Part shown: in pieces, positions 54,880-63,934 of the stretch
Layout: each line of letters starts with the position of its first letter
Numbering within the stretch: the stretch's first letter is position 1
From: a virus
Lineage: Duplodnaviria > Caudoviricetes
Virus record (IMG/VR): IMGVR_UViG_3300026549_000038
Coordinates: 1-64,000 of that record
Length of the DNA: 64,000 bases
Reading direction: 5' to 3' (one strand)
Made by a program: the position numbers and the translations under genes
The notes under the pieces: model-generated
What the model was told of the DNA's origin: nothing
The model's input: the letters and a program-made list of their open reading frames with translations, nothing else
Databases searched by the model: none

Positions 54880-56562
54880 TTAAAGTTCCTTTATATAAAA
54901 TTGGAACTTTTCTTTTTTATATAATCTTATTTTAGCCAATCCCTGGGAGTATATTCTTTTTGTAGGCCAAATATCAATCAAGTCGTATAAATAAAAATTG
55001 TTCTTTTCGTCAGTCTTTAGAAGTCCTCGACCAAGCGCCTGCTGATTGATGATGCTTGACTTGAATGACTGAGCATTAATAGCATAGTCTACATTTTTAA
55101 ACGTCAATCCAGTTCCAACGCAAGCAAAAGAAGCTACTAATATCACATCTTGATTTTCATTCATTGTCTTTATTATAGCTTGTCTTTTTTTAAGAGTGAT
55201 ACTACCAGTAATGACCAAGACTGTTTTCTGAGGCAAAGATTGTTCTATATACTTTGCTAGAAACTTAATATATTCAACATGATGTGCAAAAACGATACAG
55301 TTTTGATTTCCCCTGCTGTTTATAATTCTTTTTATAATGTCTAACCGCTTTATGTCATTATGCACTAACATCTGTTCAAGCATCAAGAGATTAGCAGCAG
55401 TATTCTTGCAAAGATCTATGAGATAATCTTTATATTCATTCTTTGTACACATGCGTTTTGCTTGCTGAACACCAAACGGAAGAGTCTTGACGTTCACCAT
55501 AGTAAACCTTCTTTCCTCCTCCGGCAGTTTTTGAACCTTCCCATCTACTTTTTTATCATTCCCTACAAGATACTCACCACATGTAATATATTCATTATCA
55601 AGACTTTCTGATTCTGGATGAAATATTCTGATCTGTGTAATGACCGGTTTAGCAAGATATCCCTCATCCACCAGCTCGGCGGTCTTCAATTGTTGAATGG
55701 TTGGTCCCATAAGACTGTGACATGCAAAGCTCTCAATAGTTCCTTCATCCGGAAGCGTTCCAGTAAACCCGAATTTGAGCTTTACATTTTTCATAAATGG
55801 TTGTGAGAGTATTGTGTTGATAGACTTGCATTGGAGCTTATGAGCCTCGTCGACACACACAAGGTCATACTCCGAGAAAAACGACGGAGAATATTTTGCA
55901 GATTTTTTATCAGCTCTCTTTACTAGACTTTGAAATGTGCCAATAGTTAAATTAGAGCTCTCGCATAGCTCGCCTTGTGCCCAAACAGTTTCGGACTTAA
56001 AAAATTCAGCATATGAACTCATATCCTCAACACCTTGCTTGACAAGCTGAATAGACGGCACGATCATAAGAATCTTTTTCACGCCGAGTTTTTCCATAGC
56101 AGTACGAAAAACAATATACCCTATCAGTGTTTTTCCGGCTCGTGTAGCAAGTTCACTTAGGCTTTGATTATATTTAAGTATCAGCCAAGCGGCTTTAAGC
56201 TGATAAGGTCTAGGCTCGATATTCAAGTTCCAATTCCTTACATAGACTACAAAGTCCTCCTGAGACATATCGAATTTCGTATATTTAAGATTATTCTCTA
56301 TGCCATTGACAGTGACTTTGTTTTCAACACCCCAGTCATAAATTGTCTTATATAGACCACTATGAGCCCAATATACAACTACTCCGTCTTTCGTTTTGAA
56401 TTTATTGAGATATACTTCGGGTTTTGGGGGGGCGGTATAAGAAGGGAGAAACATATATGAAGGAATCTTATTAAGATATTTTTCCAGCTCCTTCAATTCT
56501 TTTTGATCTCCCGTTAAAAAAATATATCGAAAATCGTCAGATTTATAATGTATGTTTATCAT
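54880..56562 (-). CDS. uvsW: UvsW-like SF2 DNA helicase
   Basis: PRPYQ, LATRAGKT, VDEAH, GFTGT, GTG, QALGRGL. Confidence 0.9.
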   Translation of the reverse strand: MINIHYKSDDFRYIFLTGDQKELKELEKYLNKIPSYMFLPSYTAPPKPEVYLNKFKTKDGVVVYWAHSGLYKTIYDWGVENKVTVNGIENNLKYTKFDMSQEDFVVYVRNWNLNIEPRPYQLKAAWLILKYNQSLSELATRAGKTLIGYIVFRTAMEKLGVKKILMIVPSIQLVKQGVEDMSSYAEFFKSETVWAQGELCESSNLTIGTFQSLVKRADKKSAKYSPSFFSEYDLVCVDEAHKLQCKSINTILSQPFMKNVKLKFGFTGTLPDEGTIESFACHSLMGPTIQQLKTAELVDEGYLAKPVITQIRIFHPESESLDNEYITCGEYLVGNDKKVDGKVQKLPEEERRFTMVNVKTLPFGVQQAKRMCTKNEYKDYLIDLCKNTAANLLMLEQMLVHNDIKRLDIIKRIINSRGNQNCIVFAHHVEYIKFLAKYIEQSLPQKTVLVITGSITLKKRQAIIKTMNENQDVILVASFACVGTGLTFKNVDYAINAQSFKSSIINQQALGRGLLKTDEKNNFYLYDLIDIWPTKRIYSQGLAKIRLYKKEKFQFYIKEL

Positions 56563-56941
56563 TTTCTATATATAAAAATTCTGAGTTTATCATTGCATGT
56601 CTCAACTCCCAGCTAATGAACCTACTAGTGATTCCTACATTAGGTTTTAATCCCCAAAGTTTTAAAAAATACAATTCTTCGTTTTCTTCTTGAGAAAGAT
56701 TTTTAAAATTTTCTAAGAACTTTGATTGCTCCGGAACCGGAACAATATCAAAAAACATTTTTATACAATCCTCATCAAACAGATTATAAACTTTATATGA
56801 ATTGGGTCCGATGCCAGTATAAGCTATAACATAAGCTTCAGTACAGATAAACTTTACAAAATCTTTGTATGAGTCTCTTAACACCTGAGATTCGGTTTCA
56901 GTCGCAACGGCATTTGGATCTATGTTAGTAAAAACAGACAC
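56543..56941 (-). CDS. Hypothetical protein
   Basis: Intact ORF overlapping the uvsW start. Confidence 0.6.
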   Translation of the reverse strand: MSVFTNIDPNAVATETESQVLRDSYKDFVKFICTEAYVIAYTGIGPNSYKVYNLFDEDCIKMFFDIVPVPEQSKFLENFKNLSQEENEELYFLKLWGLKPNVGITSRFISWELRHAMINSEFLYIENDKHTL

Positions 56942-56943
56942 GG

Positions 56944-57438
56944 TTAAAATTCAAAAGGGATAAATCTGACACAAAATTCAACTTGTAATCTCTCCTCGGG
57001 CGGATTGTCTTCGATATAATAAATATCAACTCCAATATCAAATCTTCCAGTGCATTCATGACTGCTATACTCGCTATACGGATATTTTTGGTTGGGGTGT
57101 AGTTCGAGTTTGTCCTGATGTATGATTTTATCTACTATCCTCCTGAGTGTACCATCTACCCAACATCTGATATATCTCTCCTTTGGAATTATCATCTCCA
57201 TAGCACTGGTGCTATCATCTACAGCAGTTGCTATGATGTAATCTTCATTCTCCTCTAGCGCATAATAGTCAATTAACGACGGTTCTCGATTCGCCCAAGT
57301 AAAATTATATTTCTCAAACATATCCGCAACTTTCGAGAACTCAAAATCTCTATGCAACGTATAAAAATTTTCGAAAATGCGAGTTCTCAAAACATTCTTT
57401 AGCTCTTGCGTTAATTTTATAGTTTTAACATTACTCAT
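56944..57438 (-). CDS. Hypothetical protein, paralog of 22087..22575
   Basis: DFEFSKVADMFEKYNFTW, IPKERYI, TGRF. Confidence 0.65.
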   Translation of the reverse strand: MSNVKTIKLTQELKNVLRTRIFENFYTLHRDFEFSKVADMFEKYNFTWANREPSLIDYYALEENEDYIIATAVDDSTSAMEMIIPKERYIRCWVDGTLRRIVDKIIHQDKLELHPNQKYPYSEYSSHECTGRFDIGVDIYYIEDNPPEERLQVEFCVRFIPFEF

Positions 57439-57440
57439 AA

Positions 57441-57620
57441 TTAGTCATTTGTTTTGTCTACAACTGCAACTCTGATGTGATTGACCTTATTGTAAATTTT
57501 CAACGGTACAAAAGTGATGTCTCCGTCTGCGGCCGCAATGCACTCTTCGTAATACTCATCATACTTCTGGCTTTCTGGCCATTCTACGGCAACGTAAATG
57601 TCTTCTATCTGTGGTTTCAT
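57441..57620 (-). CDS. Small hypothetical protein (59 aa; not in ORF track)
   Basis: MKPQIEDIYVAVEWPESQKY...FVP...; fills the gap in the operon. Confidence 0.6.
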   Translation of the reverse strand: MKPQIEDIYVAVEWPESQKYDEYYEECIAAADGDITFVPLKIYNKVNHIRVAVVDKTND

Positions 57621-57632
57621 AACTGTATTATT

Positions 57633-57962
57633 TTATCTTAAAATTAAAATTATCACACCTACAATTAAAATGATTAGTACTTTTGTACTGACTGGGCCCA
57701 TGATAGCTCCGATGACGAATGACTCTAAGCTGTCAAACTTCTGCTGTTTTCCGCTGCGGAACATCTGTCCGAAGCACAAGATGATTGTACTAGCTGCTAT
57801 GCCTACTCCGAATTTATTGTGAATAGAAAAGTCCGCTGCAATCACAATCTCGTTAACAATAAACTCTACGAGATACAGACTTTCCTGTATCAGAAAGCCA
57901 TTAAGCAGAGTGTTCACTATCGTAAAGACCGCAACTGTCAGTAATATCCAATGCAATTTCAT
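57633..57962 (-). CDS. Membrane protein
   Basis: Three or four hydrophobic segments. Confidence 0.55.
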   Translation of the reverse strand: MKLHWILLTVAVFTIVNTLLNGFLIQESLYLVEFIVNEIVIAADFSIHNKFGVGIAASTIILCFGQMFRSGKQQKFDSLESFVIGAIMGPVSTKVLIILIVGVIILILR

Positions 57963-58043
57963 TTTATGTTTCCTGCGGTTAGTTTTTATTTATGTTTATA
58001 TATAACAAATATTAGAAAAACATTTAGTTGAAATATTAAATAT

Positions 58044-58388
58044 TTACCACCCATAACTGTTAAACTGCGTCACTTCTCCTCTCCAATCTACATAACGAAC
58101 TCCGCCACTTGCACATATATCCAATTCTTTACTGAATTTCTTGGGGTTTCGTTTGATTTTTGCTCTATCAATTAGAACATCTTGAATAAACGCACCACAG
58201 TCTCCGACAACTGCATTGAACCCGCTAACCCGTTCACTGCGATATTTAACACCTTCTATCCTTGTTGTCCAATATCCAGACCAACCCCCTACAAAATCCA
58301 GATTTTTGAGAGCCTCAAGACGCCACTGTGACAAAATGGCGGTATTTAAGAATCTGTTTCTTTTAAATAAACACATATTATAATTCAA
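58044..58388 (-). CDS. Hypothetical protein
   Basis: Intact ORF overlapping the upstream gene stop. Confidence 0.55.
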   Translation of the reverse strand: MNYNMCLFKRNRFLNTAILSQWRLEALKNLDFVGGWSGYWTTRIEGVKYRSERVSGFNAVVGDCGAFIQDVLIDRAKIKRNPKKFSKELDICASGGVRYVDWRGEVTQFNSYGW

Positions 58389-58776
58389 ATTTTTTATCTA
58401 TTCCGCACAAAGCCAGTGCGTTTTGAAGTTGATGTACATATTTTAATGTTCCACTAAAATCACCAATACCTTCAGTTGGCTCTATATGAGTTTCCCACGT
58501 TCCAGCATCAAATCCATTTGAGTACATAGGAATAAGATAAGAATTATCATCGCTATATACACCATCTTTATCTTCATAAAATCCATTCTTCTCCAAAATT
58601 TCAGGAGTGATTTCGATGGGTTCGAGGTCTTTTACGCTTACAGGAAATAATGTTGCGCTCGCTGCGAAGCTTGCACACACGCCTCTACCCTCAACATAAG
58701 GAAGGTCTACGATTTTATCTATACCGTATGGAAACTTCACCCAGTTTCCTATGCTTAGTTCTTTAATGTTTATCAT
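58378..58776 (-). CDS. Hypothetical protein of a common Bacteroidota-phage family
   Basis: ELSIGNWV...LEPIEITPEILEKNGF...YVHQLQN. Confidence 0.65.
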   Translation of the reverse strand: MINIKELSIGNWVKFPYGIDKIVDLPYVEGRGVCASFAASATLFPVSVKDLEPIEITPEILEKNGFYEDKDGVYSDDNSYLIPMYSNGFDAGTWETHIEPTEGIGDFSGTLKYVHQLQNALALCGIDKKFEL

Positions 58777-58815
58777 TGTTATTCTATCAAAATGGTTATG
58801 TTTCTCTTGTAATGG

Positions 58816-60021
58816 TTATTCACCAGCTTTGAAGTTATACACGGGCTTTATAATATCTACAATCTCAGCTGTGGGTTCAATACACCGGATAATCTCATCC
58901 ATTGGCTTGTAGGCCATCGGTGATTCGTCAATGGTTCCCTTTCCGACAGTTGTTGAGTAGATTCCGGACATTGTGTTCTTGAACTCATCAACCGAGAGGG
59001 TATCCTTTGCCTTGGCACGGGACATCAGTCTTCCAGCGCCGTGTGGGGCAGAGTAGTTCCAGTCAGGATTACCTTTGCCGATACATATCAGTGAGCCATC
59101 ACGCATATTCATCGGGATGATGAGCTTCTCGCCGGCATCGGCGCGGACCGCTCCCTTGCGAAGTATCATCGCGTCGGCGTCGATATAGTTGTGGATGGTT
59201 TCAAATTCATCCTGAGCCACCCAGTTCATCTTGTCACAAATGATTCTGGCTATGGTTTCCCTATTCTTTACGGCATATCTTTGAGTAATCTCCATGTCGT
59301 GAATATACGAATTGAAGTTCTCACCGGTCAGGTGTGCAAGGTCTTTTGAGGCAGATGGTTTCTTGAGAAGCTTGAGTTCTTTCTGAATATCTTTCTGGCG
59401 ACCTTCTGCGGTAAGTTTCTTAATAAGCGCTCTTTTAGCAGTAGACATTTCATTGAGGCACTTAAATGCAAGGTCTTGATAAAACTTACATACTTGAACC
59501 CCAAGATTTCTACTACCGGAATGGATAACTAAGTAAACGTCTCCCCCTTCTGAGCGGTCGAGCTCGATAAAGTGATTTCCACCACCAAGAGTCCCAAGGC
59601 TCTTTATTACTCTGGATGAATCTATACCGTTGATACAATATAGGTCGTCCAGTTCTGGAAACTTTGCCCAGGCCTGGCTATGAATATCGAATCCCGATGG
59701 AACAAATTTGTGTATTACTTCGTCGAGTTTCTTATAATCGTCTTCAGTAATATCAGTTTCGCCCATCTTTCGAATCTTCATAACACGCATACCGCAGCCA
59801 ATATCTACACCGACGAGATTTGGGGTTACCGCACCGTGCAGAGTCATCGTTGTGCCAATTGTGCAACCCTTGCCGGCATGTGCGTCCGGCATGATCCGGA
59901 TAGTCGAATCAGCATAGGGAGAATAGTTGGCCAGAGTCTTCACCTGGTCATAAGCCTCATATTCGAAGGTCTCGGCGAAAACCTTCACCGGAGAGCCGTT
60001 ATTTCTCTTAATTTCAATCAT
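58816..60021 (-). CDS. rtcB: RtcB family RNA ligase
   Basis: MPDAHAGKG, VGVDIGCG, LGGGNHFIE, IHSGSR, HNY, RKGA, HGAGR, DESPMAYK. Confidence 0.95.
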   Translation of the reverse strand: MIEIKRNNGSPVKVFAETFEYEAYDQVKTLANYSPYADSTIRIMPDAHAGKGCTIGTTMTLHGAVTPNLVGVDIGCGMRVMKIRKMGETDITEDDYKKLDEVIHKFVPSGFDIHSQAWAKFPELDDLYCINGIDSSRVIKSLGTLGGGNHFIELDRSEGGDVYLVIHSGSRNLGVQVCKFYQDLAFKCLNEMSTAKRALIKKLTAEGRQKDIQKELKLLKKPSASKDLAHLTGENFNSYIHDMEITQRYAVKNRETIARIICDKMNWVAQDEFETIHNYIDADAMILRKGAVRADAGEKLIIPMNMRDGSLICIGKGNPDWNYSAPHGAGRLMSRAKAKDTLSVDEFKNTMSGIYSTTVGKGTIDESPMAYKPMDEIIRCIEPTAEIVDIIKPVYNFKAGE

Positions 60022-60027
60022 ATTATC

Positions 60028-60078
60028 CTATTTAAATATCTTCCTGTAATGTTCACACAGCGCCTCGCAGGTAGGAAA
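60028..60078 (-). pseudogene. 3' remnant of a paralog of 60779..60976
   Basis: Encodes FPTCEALCEHYRKIFK* versus FPTREVLCEHYRKIFE*; the upstream frame is interrupted by TGA. Confidence 0.6.
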
Positions 60079-60255
60079 ACCAAATCGTATAGTACTTTCC
60101 AAAAAGGTCTTCCTTATTCATCCGACATATTTTATACAGTAACAGGTGTTTTATTTCTAAAACTCATTATTTTTACAGAGTTTCGGAAATAAATATACAT
60201 ATTAGGTGCCAAATATCTCTTAAATATTATGTCATTTGTTTCTGTCTTAATAAAA

Positions 60256-60429
60256 AACTCTCACTACTGCACTCCTTGGGGATTACCCCGTGGTCTGTCG
60301 CCCAATAGCCGAGTCAGGTATTGAACATAATTTTATTTTAATTTTCATTAAAATCTCGCGAGCTGTTCTTTAGTACACCCACTCCTCGCATTTTTGCTAT
60401 GATTAGGCTCAGGGGCTCAGGTGAGAGTT
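60256..60429 (-). ncRNA. Candidate structured non-coding RNA
   Basis: GC-richer non-coding island closed by AACUCUCAC/GUGAGAGUU, with internal stems and GNRA-type loops, followed by a U-run. Confidence 0.5.
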
Positions 60430-60485
60430 AATGCCTACTACAGCCCCTTTTTCGGTTCTTTGTTCATTGTTTTTTCTCTAACTAT

Positions 60486-60758
60486 TTATGGTCTTCCATA
60501 TTCCTTGATTGAACCTTGGTAGTTGAACACAGAATTTATAAATTTCTTGATTTCGTCTTCTGTTGCGAGTCTTACATCACCTCCATACTGCCAGTTGGCA
60601 TGTCCAGATGATTTCCTCAGTTTGCCGTCAGGATCAAAGCCAATTAAAACACCATACCCGTCACCGGTCACATAACCAGTATGAATGAAAACTCTGTGCT
60701 CTTCACTTTTAATTCCTTTGCTACCGAGTTTATAAAGAAAGTCTCCTGCTTTATACAT
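60486..60758 (-). CDS. Hypothetical protein
   Basis: MYKAGDFL...VRLATEDE, a pattern seen in small phage proteins. Confidence 0.65.
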   Translation of the reverse strand: MYKAGDFLYKLGSKGIKSEEHRVFIHTGYVTGDGYGVLIGFDPDGKLRKSSGHANWQYGGDVRLATEDEIKKFINSVFNYQGSIKEYGRP

Positions 60759-60778
60759 AACGCTTATAATTTATTTAA

Positions 60779-60976
60779 TTACTCAAATATTTTCCTGTAA
60801 TGTTCGCACAGCACCTCGCGGGTGGGAAACGGTAAGGTGTGTTCGTCGAAGCCGACCGGCATACCTGTATGCTCGTCAATTGCTTCCAGAATGTTGTAAT
60901 CAATTTTTTTAATTATGGCGGAAGAGATAACCCTATTGTAGTTATCAAAATACCACACCTTGTCTCCTGGTTTCAT
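60779..60976 (-). CDS. Hypothetical protein
   Basis: MKPGDKVW...FPTREVL, SH3/KOW-like small protein. Confidence 0.65.
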   Translation of the reverse strand: MKPGDKVWYFDNYNRVISSAIIKKIDYNILEAIDEHTGMPVGFDEHTLPFPTREVLCEHYRKIFE

Positions 60977-60988
60977 CTATTCTATCTC

Positions 60989-61273
60989 CTATCTAATTTT
61001 TTTAAGTTCTTCTTTTAGTCTTTCATGAAAAGTCTCTTCCCCGTCATCGCCCGCAAGAAGCCAGTCTATTCTTTGCATATAGATTTTGGCTTTCTGAATT
61101 AACTCAAGACCTTTCTTAAACTCTGCAATAGTATCATTAGTCCATCTATATCCGTCCCAATACTCATCACTACACCATTCAGATTGGGTATTGTTGTTGT
61201 CTATTTCTTCCTGTATTCTATCAGCAACATACTGTAATCTATACTGCAAATAGTCAAATGTTCCTCCACTCAT
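60989..61273 (-). CDS. Hypothetical protein
   Basis: MSGGTFDYLQY...IDWLLAGDDGEETF. Confidence 0.7.
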   Translation of the reverse strand: MSGGTFDYLQYRLQYVADRIQEEIDNNNTQSEWCSDEYWDGYRWTNDTIAEFKKGLELIQKAKIYMQRIDWLLAGDDGEETFHERLKEELKKIR

Positions 61274-61301
61274 AGTTATTTTTCTTTAATTGTTTGCTTG
61301 G

Positions 61302-61478
61302 TTATTTCAATAACTTCAATAAATCTTCGGCTTTTTTCCTGTTCTCAAATCCCTTTATATTTATCCATTTGTCGCAGAAAAAGCCTCCTTCAAATTTCTG
61401 AACAAAGTAAATTGTATAGGGGATACAACCGCCGCCGACATATACGGGATACTTTGCGTATATTCTGAATTTTGCCAT
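61302..61478 (-). CDS. Small hypothetical protein (58 aa; not in ORF track)
   Basis: MAKFRIYAKY...YFVQK...KWINIKGF...; fills the gap in the operon. Confidence 0.6.
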   Translation of the reverse strand: MAKFRIYAKYPVYVGGGCIPYTIYFVQKFEGGFFCDKWINIKGFENRKKAEDLLKLLK

Positions 61479-61497
61479 AGTTCTTTAATTGTCCTGT

Positions 61498-61992
61498 TTA
61501 TTCCTCTTTCATTGTTGGTTCTACAGGATTAGGAATCTCTCTTGTTGCTGTATATGTGTAAGTTATATTACTATTTATATTACCGTTACTGTGGGTCTTT
61601 GGACAATTCACACAATCCATATGAGGATTGGTACAGGTACCTCCTGGTTCATAGCACTTGGGTTCTCTGGCATCTAATGATTGATACCAAGGTGTTGTGT
61701 TTGGAATGTACGGAGTATAAGGAGTGTATTCTTTCTCTATCCTTATCTCAGCGGGTTTATTTATGGCATTGAGCAATATCACTGCCTCCTTGCCGCTGAT
61801 TTTCTTCTCGTCGATAAGTTTCTCGACGATTTCTTGTGCTGTTAGTTCTTTCTGCTGTTCCATATTAATTGTATTATAAGTTCTTATAGTTACTTTAGGA
61901 GTTTCATACTCTCTATCAGAACAATATAATTCTCCACACCACTCACAGTGTTTTGCCGAGAACGGGCAGTTTGAAAATTTAATGTCACTCAT
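61498..61992 (-). CDS. Cys-cluster hypothetical protein
   Basis: CPFSAKHCEWC...C and CYEPGGTCTNPHMDCVNCP. Confidence 0.6.
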   Translation of the reverse strand: MSDIKFSNCPFSAKHCEWCGELYCSDREYETPKVTIRTYNTINMEQQKELTAQEIVEKLIDEKKISGKEAVILLNAINKPAEIRIEKEYTPYTPYIPNTTPWYQSLDAREPKCYEPGGTCTNPHMDCVNCPKTHSNGNINSNITYTYTATREIPNPVEPTMKEE

Positions 61993-62005
61993 ATTATTCT
62001 TCTAT

Positions 62006-62590
62006 TTATTTTGTTCTCATGTGCTCTTTTAGGTAAGCCATCAGATCCTCTATTGAGCGAAAGATAGTTTTACCAATCATATTCCCGTTCACTGTCAAAG
62101 TATCATTTCCGCTCTTGAGTTCCCATTCCATGTCTACATAGTCACGAGGGACACCAAGGTTATTATATTCATCTCTGTTGTAATTGCAGAAATTTACTTT
62201 CCTTACGCCCCATTCCCTGATTTGACCATTGCTGATGGTATAGAACTTCTTTTCAAAGAGATCCTCCCACTTTTTAATGGAAAGTACATTATCATTAGCA
62301 TTGAACCGTTTTGCTACTTCCTCGTAGATTTCATCATCTGTCTTGTTTCTAGATTCAAAAGAACCTGAAATTTCACTATACAGTTTCAGGATTTCTGATA
62401 TTTCGTTTGCTGTCATAAATTGGTGTTTCTTGTTGTTTTTATGTGTATCATCTTTATGAAGAAGATTATACCTTATCAATACTTCCCGGTAGTACTCTTC
62501 CTTTCCCATTTCATGAATCTCTCCCACTGCTATAGAATTGGTAACTTCAGTAAGAAGGTCATCTATAAGTTTAATGTCTTCTGTTATCAT
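62006..62590 (-). CDS. Hypothetical protein
   Basis: Intact ORF with two YxEVxxR(Y/F)N units. Confidence 0.6.
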   Translation of the reverse strand: MITEDIKLIDDLLTEVTNSIAVGEIHEMGKEEYYREVLIRYNLLHKDDTHKNNKKHQFMTANEISEILKLYSEISGSFESRNKTDDEIYEEVAKRFNANDNVLSIKKWEDLFEKKFYTISNGQIREWGVRKVNFCNYNRDEYNNLGVPRDYVDMEWELKSGNDTLTVNGNMIGKTIFRSIEDLMAYLKEHMRTK

Positions 62591-62610
62591 AAATCCATTT
62601 ATCTATTTTT

Positions 62611-63060
62611 TTAATATCCGCTTTCAATTTTACCTTCACAAACTATTTTCTCGGAACAAAAACTAGGAAAATTATTACCCCAATCAAAGTATGATCCTTC
62701 TACATAAACAGACTCTTTAGGAATGATACATTTTACTATAACATAAGTATACTGTCTGATACTCAGTCGTGAAAACCTGGCTTCAAGAGCATTTCGAAAA
62801 GACAAAGCATCTGTCGAGTTTGTAAAAGAATGAAATCCTTCTTCTACCTTGTAAGGATAACGAAGTTCTTTGGGGGTTTCGGAAACATCCATCAATTGTA
62901 ATTGCTCTCCCAATTCATAAGTGTGCCCTTCCTTATAAGCCATACCCTGATAAGGAGACATCCACCAACCGTTGTCTCCAGAATATTCAACCATAACTTT
63001 ATAGCAATCCATATCTTCCTTTGCTACCCTTACTTTTTTACTCGTTGTATATAAACACAT
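62611..63060 (-). CDS. Tandem-array paralog (AxEDxxCYK / EGFHSF / CIIPK family)
   Basis: Motifs shared with the next three ORFs. Confidence 0.75.
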   Translation of the reverse strand: MCLYTTSKKVRVAKEDMDCYKVMVEYSGDNGWWMSPYQGMAYKEGHTYELGEQLQLMDVSETPKELRYPYKVEEGFHSFTNSTDALSFRNALEARFSRLSIRQYTYVIVKCIIPKESVYVEGSYFDWGNNFPSFCSEKIVCEGKIESGY

Positions 63061-63520
63061 ACTAAACCTCTTTTACACAAATTATTTCATCAGATACATA
63101 ACCCGCTGGACTGTTTTCGGACAGGTCTATCGCACCTTTCACATATTTGGCTCCCTTTGGAATAATACATTGTACTATTGTCCACCCTTTATCATACCTA
63201 TAACACGATTCAGACAACATACGCTTTGCATCTTGAATATCTACAAAAGAGTGGAATCCTTCATTAAACATATATGGATGTTCAGGATAGGTAGTAAAAA
63301 CGTGAACAAGAGATTTAAATAAATAATAGCGTTTTTTTAGTTGATAAGTGTAATAATTATAGAAAGGTGCTCTGTACGTGGGTTTGTGAAAAATCCGAAA
63401 AATCCAGTTTTTTCTTTCTTTTACTAATATCTTGTAGCAGATAATATCTTCCTTTGCTATCCTTACTTTTTTACTCGTTGTATATAAACACATACTAAAC
63501 CTCTTTTACACAAATTATTT
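63011..63520. repeat. 77-bp direct repeat spanning gene junctions (63011-63087 and 63444-63520)
   Basis: One mismatch by eye; covers the upstream gene's last codons, the stop, and the next gene's first ~16 codons. Confidence 0.9.
63062..63493 (-). CDS. Tandem-array paralog
   Basis: AKEDIICYK, EGFHSF, CIIPKGAKYVKG, YVSDEII. Confidence 0.75.
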   Translation of the reverse strand: MCLYTTSKKVRIAKEDIICYKILVKERKNWIFRIFHKPTYRAPFYNYYTYQLKKRYYLFKSLVHVFTTYPEHPYMFNEGFHSFVDIQDAKRMLSESCYRYDKGWTIVQCIIPKGAKYVKGAIDLSENSPAGYVSDEIICVKEV

Positions 63521-63932
63521 TATCGGATGCGTAGTTTAGATACCCCATGTATGTACCTTCAACATAGTTAGCACCCTTTGGAATAACACATTTTACTACC
63601 ACGTACGAACTACTACAAACATGTATATCGGCATTATACTTGTAAGCATCTTCTTTGCATGTGAAAGAATGAAACCCTCTTTCAACAAACCGCCACTCCT
63701 TGTCAGCAATACTCGTACATGCTTTCGAATATCTAGCGGGATAGGTAATAACTGGACATGTGGTAACGACAAGACCACCATTCAACATATAATTTAAGGC
63801 TCCCGCGTTGTATATGTAATCGCGGAATTCTGATCTATAGATTCCAGGCTGCAGTCTCTGTACCACTTTGTAGCAGACTATGTTTTCTTCTGCTGCTTTT
63901 ATTTCTGAATTTTCAATTAAAGTCAAACACAT
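63495..63932 (-). CDS. Tandem-array paralog
   Basis: AEENIVCYK, RGFHSF, CVIPKGANYVEG, YASDKII. Confidence 0.75.
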   Translation of the reverse strand: MCLTLIENSEIKAAEENIVCYKVVQRLQPGIYRSEFRDYIYNAGALNYMLNGGLVVTTCPVITYPARYSKACTSIADKEWRFVERGFHSFTCKEDAYKYNADIHVCSSSYVVVKCVIPKGANYVEGTYMGYLNYASDKIICVKEV

Positions 63933-63934
63933 AT

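Noticed and set aside
60256-60429. Group I intron, SRP, 6S or tRNA identity for the structured element
   Set aside because: CCUGAGCC recalls a group I Q element, but no matching R/S (P7) pair or exons were found. No SRP GGAA loop motif, no T-loop or CCA end, and the closing stem is too short for 6S.
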